This document shows, piece after piece, positions 42,051 through 55,801 of a stretch of DNA of 64,000 nt. The DNA is from Sminthopsis crassicaudata (lineage: Eukaryota). How positions within the stretch are numbered: the stretch's first letter is position 1; the number at the start of each line of letters is the position of its first letter. Below the pieces are notes generated by a model. That model saw only the letters and a list, made by a program, of their open reading frames with translations. It searched no databases and was not told the DNA's origin. The stretch covers positions 558,778,465 through 558,842,464 of the forward strand of contig NC_133618.1 in NCBI RefSeq assembly GCF_048593235.1, written 5' to 3'. Made by a program: the position numbers and the translations under genes.

Positions 42051-43824
42051 CTCTGACCCTATAACAATTTCACTTCCAAATCAATTTTCCTCCAAAATCT
42101 GCTAAGATCAGGTATATTTAATCATTTATTTCTGGAGACTCTAGATAGTTCAGCACGATTGCTATTCTTTTGAAAAAATATCAACCAAAGCAAGAAATGG
42201 AGATTTCTTAATGCCTCCACAAGATAACAAATATTTCAAAAGATTGTGATGATATTGATATAGGTATTTCCTCCACTGATTGTGGCCACAATCTCTCCAT
42301 ATCTTATTAAGGGTCAAAAAATGATAATAATTCTCTCCAAATAAAAAGTAAAATGGTTATCAAATGTCACAATATGGCTGGTCATTGTCCTTTTGTAGGT
42401 GCTGTTAGAGCATATGATCTGCAAACCAAACCTCTCAGAAGGTGATGGTTATCTTCATGCCAGCAAGGGCTACTGGAGAAAGATGTAACAATATTAACAC
42501 TCAACTGATTTTTCACTAATGTCATATCTAGTATGTAATCTGTATCTAATAATGACATTCTCAGTGTTTTCTAAGATAGGCATTTATTCTCTAGAAATCC
42601 TTAGGGGCAAACTTCTGTCCTTTTTTCATATTGTTTGTATACTTATAAATCAATTAACATCATCAGTTTATGCAAATTTTACATTTACATGGCACTGAGA
42701 AAATAAACAATGATGTCTATGATATCTGAGCAACATGGGAAAAGAATTATTCTTATAGAGAATAAACTTCGGTTTAACTTGCATTTTCAGTTACTTTATA
42801 CAAAGAGGAAAGGTTAACAATAACTTTAATATATGAAAGTATATTTTTCAACTTTGGTCACATATTTGTTCAAGTCCAGGAATAGTTACACTGTCTTTCT
42901 TATTTCTACCTTGATATTAATACAGAGTGGAGTTCAGCCTGAAAAGTTTATATTAAGTAGAATACACACTTCCTTCAGGGCCCAAAAAAGAAGATTTTAT
43001 TTTGTTTTGTTTTCATTAAACTACAACTAGACCATATGATGAAATTCAATATTCTGGGCATGCACCCAGAGAGTCATAGTATCATTTTGTGCTGATGACA
43101 TTTATAGAATTATGTTGTATCCAGCTAAGTTCAGTGATTAGAAAAATCATTAGAGATAAGGGGCAATCTTTTCATGGAAAAAGCAGGGCAGGATGAACAT
43201 TTATATCCAAGTAAGGAAATCAGGGAACTAATTTATGAGATAGGATAAAATCCAAAAAAATGAACTGAAGTGGAAAAGCTAGAGGTCAACATTGAGATTT
43301 CTATTCAGAATCATGCAGAACCACCAATGAAGAGCTGGAAGGGATCCCTCAGGTCTTCAAGACCAATCACCTTATTGTACAATTGAAAAAAAAATCCTAT
43401 AAATACTAAATATAAATATATAAACCCTAAAAAGTATCTAGAAACATGTTACCAATAGTTTGAGCAAAGTGATAACTCGACTGACACTAATATGTATGGT
43501 GTGTTTGCACCTTCCGGATTCGGCTAAACTGGTTAGGCCATGGGTTCAGAAGCATATTTCTAAATATATATTATATGCCATATATACATTATTTATATGT
43601 GTAGATATATACAAGATGGCAAGTAATCTGAAAAAGGTTAAACATGTTCAATCCTTTTAAACATATTTCCATATCTGTCATGTGCAAGAAAAATCAGATA
43701 AAAAGAAAAAACACATGAAAAAGAAAACAAACAAACAAACAAATCCACATTTAGTCTCCATAGTTTTCTCTCTGGATTTGATTGGCATTTTCCAACCCAA
43801 GTCTATTGTAATTGCCTTGAATCA

Positions 43825-44035
43825 CCACATTGTTGAAAGAGCCAAATCCTTTGGGGCTTTCTTGACAAAGATAATGGAGTGATTTGCCATTTCCTTTGTC
43901 AGTTTGTTTTATGCATGAAGAACTGAGGTAAAAAGGGTTAAGTGACTTATCCAGGGCCACACAACTAATAAATATATCAGGAAGAAGAGTCTGCCTGATC
44001 CCAAGCCTAGTGCTCTACCATTGTGCCACCTAGCT
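43825..44035 (-). mobile_element. Mar1-type SINE
   Basis: ttttggggctttcttgacaaagataatggagtgatttgccatttcc...gggttaagtgacttatccagggccacac...cattgtgccacctagct. Confidence 0.65.
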
Positions 44036-44079
44036 TTTCAAACTATATGCAGATGAAAACAATTGTTGTTGTTGTTTTT

Positions 44080-44305
44080 GTACAGGGAGGTCTGGACTTG
44101 TAATTTCATTATTATAGAGATTTTTGTAGTGAGAGAAAACTCTCTATTCTTGTGCCCATCAAGTGTTCTCTAATTTATTATCTTAGAGAGGTGATTGGGG
44201 AACTAAGAAATGATTATCCAGATCATAGAATCCATACATGTGAGAAGCAGGATTTGAAATCAGGTATTTCTGACTCTGAAGACAATTCTCTACTATATCA
44301 TGCTA
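44080..44305 (-). mobile_element. marsupial CORE-SINE (WALLSI-like)
   Basis: tggacttgtaatttcatt...gaagcaggatttgaaatcaggtatttctgactctgaag. Confidence 0.5.
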
Positions 44306-45761
44306 ATATATATCTATAGATATACAAAATAATCTGTATATCTGTATATAAACTTATGTCAAGTAGCATTTCTTTTTGGAAAAAAAAAACTGTGGGTACA
44401 TATGTACACACAAATACATATATATACACACATTTAATTTTTCCCCTAAAATAATAACACTACTTAAAGAACAGATGATTTTGCTATTAGGAGTAGTTTC
44501 TCCATAAACACACAAACTATAACTTAATGACTTAATAAACAAATCTTGATAATTAACTTGGCTCAGAAATTCTTCAGCCTCTAAGTTACCTGATAATAAG
44601 TATTTGAAATGACACCTCAGCAAACAGGTTAACTGTATGTCCACTAGCTTTCTCATAATTCATGTTTTCAATTTTGGTGTTACCTATCAGAGTTTGTGGT
44701 CTGCTAGCAAAGACTTCAAAGAACCAGGGTCATATCCACATCATGTATTCCATAAAGCAAAGTAGTAAAAATTTTTAGAAGTCCTCAGCTATCAAGCAAC
44801 ACCATGAAATAAGAAAGGAAGAGATTGTTTGACTTAAGAATTGCTTAGTAGCACAAACAAGAACGTAGATCTCCATACTGTTAGTTTGTGTTCAGGTTAT
44901 TAGCTCTCAGCTTGGGATGATTCAGAGGAAAAACAATGAAATATTTGAAGGGAAATAGATGTAAGAAGAGAAATTGCTTTAGCTAGTAGATTGTGGGAAT
45001 AGATCTTGAACTTTGAATTAGAAGTACTGATCCTTGACTTTTCTGCACCCAATTTGTTGGAGTGGGAATAATTCCAATATTTTAGGGTGAAAATAAATAA
45101 TGAATACATATATTTGAAAGGAAAGTAATATATATGCTTATGGAAACAAAGATAGGAAATAATAATATACTTCAGGAACTCGTAGTCTCTGAGGGAGTTT
45201 CCACAGTAGATTTCATAATTTCATCTTGAAGAAATGGTGAGAAAAAAGGCATTGTCTTGAAATGGTAGAAAACCTGGCACTACAAAAAAATCTTAGAAAA
45301 AATTAATCTAACCACTACCTCTTATCTCCTCAACTTTCCTTTGAAGAGAAGGAACAATTCATACCAAAAGAAGGGTACCACAAATTATGGGAACACACCC
45401 ATAGAAACACATACAAGCACACACACCTGCATATACATACACACATATACATCAGATTTCAGATTTATCAGTATATCTACATCTCTAGTATTATGCATTG
45501 AGACATATTCAGAAGATTGAATAGCCTAAAGTACTTCAAGAATTTCAATCATCAATTTAATTATGCTCAGCACACTGCTCTGAGGCAGCAAACTAATTTT
45601 CTTTGAAAACATTTTTTAATAAAAAGGCAGATTATTTAAACAATTGTCTGAATGATACTCACTTAACTAGAAAGCTCAGTTAAACATGACTACTCCATCT
45701 TGGGATATTTTGATAAGTCTAGGTTTTTGTCAATAAGAATACAGATAAGAAAGTGTATACT

Positions 45762-46017
45762 TTAGGGGCAGCTAGGTCCTGTACCTGTGCCTCTCCTATA
45801 CCTGGAGTTAGAAAAACTCATCTTCCTGAAATCAAATAAGTTTTCAGGCACTTATTACCTGTGTAACCCTAGGCAAGTCATTTAACTATGTTTTCCTTAT
45901 TTCCTCACTTGCAAAATTGAGCTGGAGAAAAAAATGGCAAAATCACTCCAGTACTTTTGCCAAGAAAATCCTAAATGGAATCATGAAGAGTTGGACAGGA
46001 CTGAAAAACAAAACAAT
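45762..46017 (+). mobile_element. Mar1-type SINE, near full length
   Basis: ggggcagctaggt head, CORE gtgtaaccctaggcaagtcatttaac, tail gagctggagaaaaaaatggcaaaatcactccagtacttttgccaagaaaa. Confidence 0.75.
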
Positions 46018-46501
46018 GGAAGTTTAGGATAGATTGATAGCTATAAATAGAACATTTATTAAGGAATATAAATACAAAGGAGAAAAAGCACAGTCTCTAA
46101 TGTTGAATGGCATATATTCTAATAGGGGAAGATAACACATAAAAGGGAAATTGGAAAGAAGGTGATTAAGGTGGGCAAAACAGATCCAGACATTCAGGAG
46201 TGGAGCCAAGAATGAAATGATCATGAGATGATACTTTAAATATTAAAAAAATACTTTCTGTTCAAGTATCTCAAGATACTTGAGATATCTCAAGATATTT
46301 GAGATATCTCAAGAAAAGAACTACAGGCAAAGGACTAATCAATTAGAAAAAAGAACTACAGGATGGATGCATCTCTAAGGAGAGAATGTTGCTGGTAAGG
46401 AGGCAGAAAAATACAGAGAATTGATAATAGAGTTCTGTGAGTAAAGGAAAATTTGGATAGTATGAGTATTAAAAAATTACCTGTACTAGAAATATGTGTG
46501 A

Positions 46502-46546
<45 letters not shown>

Positions 46547-46680
46547 TACATATGTGTATATATATATACACAGATTTATATACAGATTTAAATACAGATG
46601 TATTTATATACATTACATGTATAATTACACACATATATGTAAATGATTAAGTATATGCACATACATATATCCATAAACAT
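46502..46680. repeat. (TA)n and TA/CA-rich low-complexity tract
   Basis: Read directly from the sequence. Confidence 0.9.
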
Positions 46681-48969
46681 ACATATACCCCTATACTACC
46701 ATTTTGAGTCAAACTGTATGAGTATGGGCAAGTTACTAATCCTCTTTGGGCCTCTGTCATCTTATTTTAAAACAAAATAATTGGACTACATGATGTCTAA
46801 AATCCCTTTTTGGATAGACTATAAGATTGGTCTTATTTGTTTTATCCCAGTTTTCAAAAAGATTAAACTGCTATCCTAAGGGAAATAATAGCATTATATC
46901 AATAACCCCTATGAGGTGGCTTTAGAGTACACTTGAAGAATCATTTGATAATGAAAAAATATCTTACAGATATGTTCATAATTGAAACTTTATTTGGAAA
47001 CTAGTATCAGGCAGCAAATAGAACTGGCTATTCCATTATTGAAAGAAATGGACAAGGGATGGATATCACAGGTTTATCTGAAGTTCAAATCAAGGTTAGT
47101 TCCTTCAACCCTGTAATGCTCATCAGCCTGGGCGTTTTATTTCATCTGATGTAGTTGCCAGTTGTGCCCAGGACTCGATGCCAAGGCAAAGAAAAGGCTT
47201 TTAAAAGAGATTTGTTGAATTTGTATAACAAGGTCCCATAAACAACTTCTGTCTCCTTCCTGTATCCTGTTATAAATTGTAATCTATATTTCACCTACTA
47301 CACAAATGCCATCATTCTTTTGTAGGATATTACAAATATCTTAGCTTGATTGCTTTTAAATACTTCTCAAATTATTGCTACATCCCTTCTATTTTTCTTT
47401 GGTTTGATGGCACTTTTTTTTTTTAGTATATAGGTGATCTTTTTATTCTAAGACTAGCTAACCTTTGATTCTTCTTTCCATTCTCTAGGGACAAATCATT
47501 CTGAAATTCCTCTTTCCTCATGAGTTTGGATATGTCTGAAAACCTAATTTTGTAAAGGCTAATGTTATAACATTTAAAATGAACTAATCTCCTAAATTCC
47601 TCCCTCATCCCCTACATTTGAGAAACTTTTAATTTTGTTATTACATCATTTTAAGTGACTATAAATTGAAGTGGTTCCTGCATCAAAGTAAGTGAAAGAA
47701 GGAAGAGTTTAAATTATAATGCATTGAAGTGTGGTAGAGTTCTGTTCTATATTTAATTCGAGAGGCCCAAGTTTGAATCCCAGTTCTGTCATTACCTCAT
47801 AGTCACATTGCTGTAAATGACCTCTAGTTTTAATGTTCAAGGAAGTTTGGTGACACAGAACACAGTTTATTCCCTTTTTTTTCTCACATCTTCAGATTAT
47901 TATACTAAGTGATAAATTACCAGGTTCTTGAATCATCAATCCTTATAACATGGTACTTACTACTTGAACTCAATACCTCCCATACTCTCTTCTATGCACA
48001 CTCTTCATTATCAATTTTCTTCCAGTAAGCATGTTGTTTCTTGAACCATCTTCTACATAGTCACCCCCAAACTGTTGTGTTTCTCCTTCAGACACTGAAG
48101 GCCGACTCTTCTTTACACCCATTTTTTTTTGCCCTGTACTCTGTATCTTACTCTTTTGTAAAATAACTTACTCTTCTAAGACAGGATTGATCCATAGGTC
48201 CCAACACTTAGCATGGGTGAGAACTAATAGCTGCCACCTATAATACCAGAAACAAATTCTAAGATTTTTTTTCTCACTAGTTCTGGGACAAAATGGTCAG
48301 CCACAGAAGGCTACATGCTATTGTGATACAGGGAATACACAGGATATCATTCTGTTAGAAAGCTCTGAAGTTAAAATCCCGTGAGTCAGTTTCCTCATCT
48401 ATTATGTTTGACTTTTGATGCAGACCTCTCTGAATATGGCAGCTTTGTGCATTCTTAGATGTCCAGAACAGGAAGAGACTGTCTTCCCACTTTCGCAGAA
48501 ACTCATGCTATTGTAAGATCTGAGTTGTAAGAGCTGTGGAGTCCAAAAAATTCAACAAATTTCCATCATTGCAGGAGTACTAGAACTACCCAGGTGGCAT
48601 CAGGAATACTTAGTTTGGGAATCAACACTGCCAGCCACATGAGTTTTCAGTGAGGGAGATGATAGAATGATAATGGGGGTGATAGTAAGGAGATCATAGA
48701 TCTGGGAACCAAGCATTGAGTCTCAGTTGCCTATGGGCTCCCTTTTAGAGCTCTGTGCCTATTGCCACTTCTTCTTTCAAAGTGAGATGGTGGTTGCTGA
48801 CTTCCCACATAGAAAAATAAATTTTAGATCCTCTTCCTTTCTCTTATCTCTGATGAATAGAGTAGTAAATGGACTTAGTAATTATTTAAAACACAGCAGA
48901 GTGAAAGTGAGCTCAACTTAAGAGACTGGAAAACTGGATTCATATCTCTCCTTTAAAACTTTAGGAAAG

Positions 48970-49180
48970 TCACAGAACAGAGTATCACAGCATAGCAAAG
49001 CCAAAAGAGCTATTTAGTCCCATTTATACCTATGAAGAAAAATATCATTCTGTAATATACCTGACAAGTGGTCAGCTTGTCTTTGCTTGAAGACCTCTAG
49101 TAAAAGGGAATTCAATACCTCTTGAGCCAGCCTACTCTTCTGGTAACTCTACTTGTGATGACATTTTTACTTATGCTGAT
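48970..49180 (-). mobile_element. L3/CR1 3' end fragment
   Basis: gtggtcagcttgtctttgcttgaagacctctagt...caatacctcttgag (reverse L3 terminus). Confidence 0.5.
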
Positions 49181-50629
49181 GCGGGTAAAAATCAAAAGCT
49201 TAGTACTTCAGGTCTTTTTTAAAAAGCTCAAAAACTTAAATCTCAAAGACCATTTCTACAACCAGATTAAAGAGTAAATAAAGTATCCATTTCTATTTTC
49301 CCCACTTATATTCATAAAGCATCAAAAAAAGTTCTAATTTTAAGTGGCCAGAATTAAGGAGTTCAATTGTGAGAACCATCATAGTGGTGATCTCCCAATT
49401 CATCTTGAGGCAGGTTATATGGAGAAATGCTGCCTTTTGTAAATAACATTGTAGGAACAGAATGCTTGGGTATCACTACCTGGAAAAGTCTGCCTGTGAC
49501 CAAGTCAAACACTTGCAAACTTGCAGACTTGCTGCAGACTGATTATGGCATGTCTTCTGTTGATCAACTTCTGCTATCAAAAATATGAAATTTTGTTTTT
49601 TGTTCCTAATCATCAAAGCAGTTCCTCTCATCTAACCAAGTCATGAATTACAAAAGGAATTACTAATATATGCAATAGGTCATTTGTTAAATGAGTCCCC
49701 CCAGATGTCTGGATAGGCAGGAGAAACTATAGTTCTACTAACAAGAAATATATTAGGAGAGACATTGCAAAATATTGAATTCAGAGTTTTTCTCCCCTTG
49801 TAGTCCATGAAAAAAGAATAGAGATGTATCTTTAGTTGGCATAAGATCAAAATAGGTATTGTACTTTTAATATGGTTAAAAAAAAACCAAAACTGCTAAT
49901 TAACTTCTGATCCATGGCAATAGAAGGAAAAGTAGAATAGAAAAACTCATATAAAGTATTTATCAGCAATGGTCAAAGTATTGGTAGTTCTCAATAAATA
50001 CTTGTTGACAGGTTAGTTTAAGGTGAAAAGTTTTTCAAAGATCAAAAAATGCTATGATTTAGTCCTATTGTTCAGCAAAGTTTTGAGACATAATGAGCTC
50101 ATCAGAGAACAAATAATACATATAGCCAATGCCCTTCTTGTTATTGTTCCCAATATTTCTACATAAATTACTAAAATATTTTAAACCCTCCTAAAATTAG
50201 GTTCAAATCCCAATTGGTTCAGAAAACCCATATTAATAAGGGCATTATTTCAAAATAGTAGGCAACAAAAATTAAGATCTTTAATTATTTTTGTAATATT
50301 GGGGTTGAGTTTAGACTTCTGAATTGCCCCATAATGCATAGTGCTATCTGTGTTTGAAAGCAAAACCAGGTTGGTGCCTACTTTAGCAGCCCTTTCCGTT
50401 TCCCTTTGAACAAAGATTAAACTTCATAGTAGTGCATTCCTATCTTATTAAACACTGAGCTGCCCCCAACAAAAAATTCAGGAAATGAGGCACATAGCAT
50501 CCAACACAATACAAATTCTTTTGTGTTTCTTCTGCATACAATGAATTGGGTCTTCCAAAAGGGGATGAGGCAGCTTTAATAATATTTTTTTTTTTTTTAA
50601 GAAAAAGAAAAAAAGAAAAGAGAAGAAGG

Positions 50630-50859
50630 GAAGAAAGGTGCCTTGGTTGTCTCGGCAGCTGATCAACAAAGGAGCAGTCGTGAGTTGTAACCTCTTGGAG
50701 CTGCAGTCTGGAACATGACACATGTCAGGCTATGATAAATGGTGCGGAGGGTGTGCAATTTTCAAACGCAATGCCCTTGAGATGCGCAGGCCCCGGATCG
50801 CAAATGTTATTGTTAAATTAAACCTTAAAGGAAGGATTGGGAAGGGGCGGGGGCAGGGC

Positions 50860-50860
<1 letters not shown>
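50630..50860. promoter_or_regulatory. putative conserved non-coding or enhancer element
   Basis: Eight CpGs in about 220 bp within a CpG-depleted window, non-repetitive, with clustered E-box, SOX, TALE, GATA and GC-box motifs. Function is inferred. Confidence 0.4.
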
Positions 50861-50861
<1 letters not shown>

Positions 50862-50914
<53 letters not shown>

Positions 50915-50942
50915 CACACACACACATACACATACACACACA
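50862..50942. repeat. (TA)n(CA)n microsatellite
   Basis: Read directly from the sequence. Confidence 0.95.
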
Positions 50943-53900
50943 TCTATAGAAATGCACAAAGAAGAAAAAATAAAATGCAAAATAAAGAAAGGATACTTAG
51001 CCTTTAAAAAAAACTGGTAAAAGATTCTCTGAAAACTATCCAAAATATGAGATTTCAGTTTTTTTTTTTCTTGACATCCTACATTCTAAATTAATGTGAT
51101 TGGCTTAGCTAGCTTACCCTCTGGGTTATATATTCATTCTTTTTCTCCTTCTCATTTTTGTCTGTTCTTGACAGCACAGGAAATCTAGTGCATTTAATTT
51201 TATTTAATGGTCTTAATTTCTCAAAATATCTCCCACCCTCCACCTCTCCTTTTAACCTCCTCATTCCAAGTTAATTCATTTAACTCAGGAAACAATGGGT
51301 AGAAAGGAATGTGTGAAGCCAAAGAGGGGAGAGGATGTTGAAGGAAGGAGATATGTGTTTTGAAAATTATTCAGCTATCAAAGTAATCAGTTAAAATGCG
51401 CAAAGAAATGATGAAGAGTCTTGGGATAGAATAAAATGTTGCGTACTGGGAACAATATAACCCATTTTAAAAAACTTTAAAAAATGAAACCCAAAAGACA
51501 AGAGACACAAATAATTAATTTGATGACCACTGGTGAAATTTTTCATTCACTATGCAGGGCAAAGGATGAGACAGGCAAGGTAATTTACTAGCCATCTGCA
51601 TCATGTGATCTCACCTGCCAATCACAACTTGAAATTCCCCAAAGTACTGAAATATTGTTTTGCTCTGGCAATGATTGGGACAACCAATTGGCTGGTGAGG
51701 GTAAGCACACTAAAGACTTATGGGTAGGAGTCATGCTGGAAGAGCCTATTTACTTTTTTCCTTTCCCAGTATACATACAGATGAAAAGCATTTATTAAAG
51801 GAAAAAACCAGAATCACAATGAAGTGCATCCAGGGTTTGTTTTGTACATTTTGGCTTGGGTTGCCTAGCATCATTGAAAACTAAGATCTTTTTTTGGTCA
51901 TTTGGAAAAGTTCCCCCAGGTTTCTTGTTATTAAAGAAAATAAACATTAGACAAAACAGGACTTTATCAGAACTATAAATAATTCAATGCAGATGGACTT
52001 TTATAAAGAAAAAAAAAAGCAAATATCTAGAGAACAGAATGCTGCAGGGTTTGGGTAGAAACAAAAAAAAGGAACATAAACAGAAAGAAAAGGGGAATAA
52101 AATTATGGACTTGTTGAGGAAAATAAATAGACACATAAAACTAATTGAAAAGAAAATATAGTGGTAAGGAAAACTTAAAAATAAAACAAATAAACAAGCA
52201 AGATTCTCAGGGATTTGTGAGTTGAAGAGTTGCTTATATCTGTTGGCTCAAGTTAGGACATTAAAGTCACTTATATGAACAGCCTTAGCCCCTCCATTGA
52301 ATGGCTAGACTTACAGTATGTAAATGTGTACACTAAACCATAATTCCAACCTTCAATGTGCAGAGTCTGATTTTTTCAACAGAAACTAAGCATTTCAATG
52401 GGTTTTACAATATACATACATGGCTTAAGTGCCAGTTTGTTTACTAGCAAAGTACAGCTGTCTCAACATGGTAACTAGTTAGCTTCCTAAAAGTAACACA
52501 ACCCTGCATTATGGAACCCAGAATGAACACGGATCCTCCATCCCACTTAAGCTTCTGGAAAAGACAGGTATTGCCAGGTCAAGTCTAGACAGAATTATCA
52601 GTCCCTGAATGCAAGTGCCAAAGAAAAACTTATTATTTCAAATGTATTCTGCAATACCATGGACCATTAGTTAGAGGGAAGATCAATCTCATTAAATTAA
52701 AAAACAAACAAAAACTACACCAGATAGTGAAATAAATAACCTTATTCAGCATCAAGATTTGGAATATTCCCATCTAACCACTTTAATAATGCTTGGCATA
52801 TGGAAAAATGGTAGTAGGTTAAAGCTACAGCAAAAGGTAGATTCCACTCTTTGACAAGTTAATTAATGTAGTAAAGGTGTCTTATAGGCCACTCCCAACT
52901 TATCTCAAGTTGCCCATGAAGATGCATAAACTTACTAGGATTTCTATTTTGATAGTTTTAGCTGTTCTTTATCATTTTGAATTCAACCATAATTGATCAC
53001 AAACCTTTCAGGACAAGGAGAAGCAGGGAAGAGGACCATACAAGAAAATATGATGTTCTGTCATCTATAGTGTTTTTCCAATTATATTTGTACATATATA
53101 CATTCACACAAATGTATACATACACTTATATAAAACACATGTATTTCCTGTATGCTTATATATGCATTGCATATGTATGTAGCGAAATAGGTACATAGAT
53201 AGATACTAGACAAGAGAATAATAACTTACTTTGTTTCCCCTTCTGTACTTCTCTTTTCCTTTTGTAAAATTCCCCTACTTTCCAGTAGAAGCCAAATATC
53301 ATCATGAGGTTCTGCTTTAGAGCTGCTGCCCATTTCATTTCTTTTTTTTTTTTTTTTTCTGTAAATTCTCTGTTATTGATGTATTGAAATTGATTTCACC
53401 AAGTTTCATACTTTCTAAGTAATGGCAATGAAGATTTTTAAAATCTTGCAGTATTAGTAAATCCAACTTCACACTATAACAGCAAGGATTAGTATTAGAA
53501 GATTATAGGAAATTCATGCATTAAAAAAAGAACATCTACTTGCAGAGCACTGTGTTATATTTAGTAACGATTACAAAGGACTAAGTATATAGACATCTTA
53601 CTTTCAGGGAGCTTACAATTTATTTCAGTGATAAGACATGTGTCAAAGAAAAGTTAAATAACAATACAAAATACTGTGAGTAGCATAAACAACCTAAAGA
53701 CTACAGCAGCCTAAGGAAAGAAAAAAATGTGATAGGAATTATAAAGATAACAGGATTTTAAAAGCAGAGTGCCATTTCAGAGATGTTGTCTACTCCCAAT
53801 CATAACTAAGCTAGAGAAGTTGGCCTAATAGAATTATAAACCTCTCAAGCTCCATCAACCATCCAACCTAAATTCTTCATTTTAAAAGGAATGGAAGATC

Positions 53901-54280
53901 TTGGTCCAATAGTGTCAGTTTTGTAAACTTTTATTAAGTGCTCATTATATTCAAAACCTTGTGTGAACCACAAAGAAAAATATACAATGGCATTGCCTTT
54001 CTCCTGAGGTATAACTATAACTATAATTATTATTGATACTTAGATAGTACTTTAATGCTTATCAAATGCTTCACATGTACATGTATTTCCCCTTCTGTAC
54101 TTCTTTCCTTTTGTAAACTTTAAAAAAATATTTTATTAATTTATTAATAATACATCTTAAAAATGTCATTCACTATACCAACTCTAATTCTCCTATTTTC
54201 TAGTAGAAGCCAAGTATTATCATAAGACTCTGCTTTAGAGCATTGTCCATTTCATTTCATTTATTTTATTTTTTTATAAA

Positions 54281-54439
54281 NNNNNNNNNNNNNNNNNNNN
54301 NNNNNNNNNNNNNNNNNNNNNNNNNNNNNNNNNNNNNNNNNNNNNNNNNNNNNNNNNNNNNNNNNNNNNNNNNNNNNNNNNNNNNNNNNNNNNNNNNNNN
54401 NNNNNNNNNNNNNNNNNNNNNNNNNNNNNNNNNNNNNNT
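54281..54439. other. assembly gap (N run)
   Basis: Read directly from the sequence. Confidence 1.
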
Positions 54440-55369
54440 AATTTCTCAGGCAAAAAAGAGGTCAAGAAGCCCTACTACACCAATACACCAATAATAACTT
54501 TGGAACCCAAACTCAGATTTTCACACTACCAGTTACAGGTTTTAGTGGCACAAATGAGACCATAGCTTGTAGAATGAACATTGGATTTTTAGTCTCAATG
54601 AAATCCAGTGTTCATTCTACAACATCACAATGCCTCTTTCCTTCATGGTGGGATGTTTCAAGAAGATTATATATTTCATACCATAGAATGAGGCTCCATT
54701 AAGTTTTGGAAAGTAGGCTAGATTTTTTATAAGAAAGAATCACCATACTACAAGTATAAACATGTTATGATTATGTTTATATTGGTTATCTCCACACTAC
54801 TCATGTTTGGGTATACAACTTCAAAATAGCTACCACTAAAAATTAAAAAAGGACAACCTAAAATACATATCTTACTTTCTTTTAGATTTCTTTCCCAGGA
54901 AGCTCCTCAGTACTGGAACCTGAAAGACAACTCTTCAGTTAGTAAGTAATAACCAATTGATACATTAAGCTGGTTCCTTGTGAGTGTGAACTTAGTTTCT
55001 CACAGACTTAAAAATTTTTCCTTTCTGCATTGAAATAGTCAGCTTAATGTTATAGCAGGAAATTACACATTTGCAACAAAATTTTATTTTTGAATTATCT
55101 CAATAAGTGGCTTGACCCCAGAGTACCTTACAAAACATATTTGGATTTTTGGTACATTGTTTTAAATTGTAATAAATTTCACTAAAATTAGCTTTTGTGA
55201 TATTATAACTTAAAATACTCATTTACCACATATAAAAGTGATTTTTTCCCTCTTTAGATGATTTTTTTTTTCTCTTTTGCTACTGTACTTCTTATCCTAT
55301 CACCAGAGCTATAACCATTTTTTTGGACCCATCCAATTTCTACTCATTTGCAATAATATTGATGCATCC

Positions 55370-55799
55370 TGTTAGGATTACTAAGTGAGAACTGAGGTTG
55401 TCTGGATAGTTACAAGGTGAGAACTCAGGTTGACTTGATAGAGGGGGCAAGCTCATTGGCTGGGGTGGTTCTTCCCAGAAGCCCTTGCATTATCCCACGC
55501 CCATTCTCTGGGAGGATAAAAGAGACAGCACTGGGCGCAGAGAGCAGATCGGCCTGGAGAAGGATAAGAGCTGGAGGAGATTCAGAGCCAGGATTCAAGA
55601 GAAGACTCTGAATTGCATCAGGCTTGACGGGGCTCTCTGCAGGAAGGGAAGTCACTTCTTTGGACAAGAGTTAACAGCAACTGCCTGGAGACAACGGTTC
55701 GTTACAGGAAGAAGAATCTGTCTGAGAGATTTGAGTAGACACAGCAGATCTCTTCCCAGAGAGCGATCCGGCAGCTTCTGGAGACGACAGCTCGCTACA
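55370..55799 (+). repeat. 5' LTR (430 bp)
   Basis: Starts tgttagg and ends gctaca; homologous to 58387-58760. Reverse CCAAT (55455-55459), GC/KLF box ccacgccc (55495-55502), TATA-like gataaaa (55515-55521). Confidence 0.95.
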
Positions 55800-55801
55800 A
55801 T

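Noticed and set aside
42399-42441. Plus-strand 43-nt exon candidate (AVRAYDLQTKPLR, vaguely WD40-like)
   Set aside because: Weak donor (gtgatg) and no recognisable protein when joined to other candidates.
43460-43560. CpG-containing 100-bp stretch as a possible snoRNA or miRNA
   Set aside because: No properly placed C/D or H/ACA boxes and no convincing hairpin.
5546-51043. ORFs rich in YI, CV, F or K repeats (e.g. 5546, 9372, 10925, 35634, 46356, 50722)
   Set aside because: Translations of microsatellites and homopolymers.
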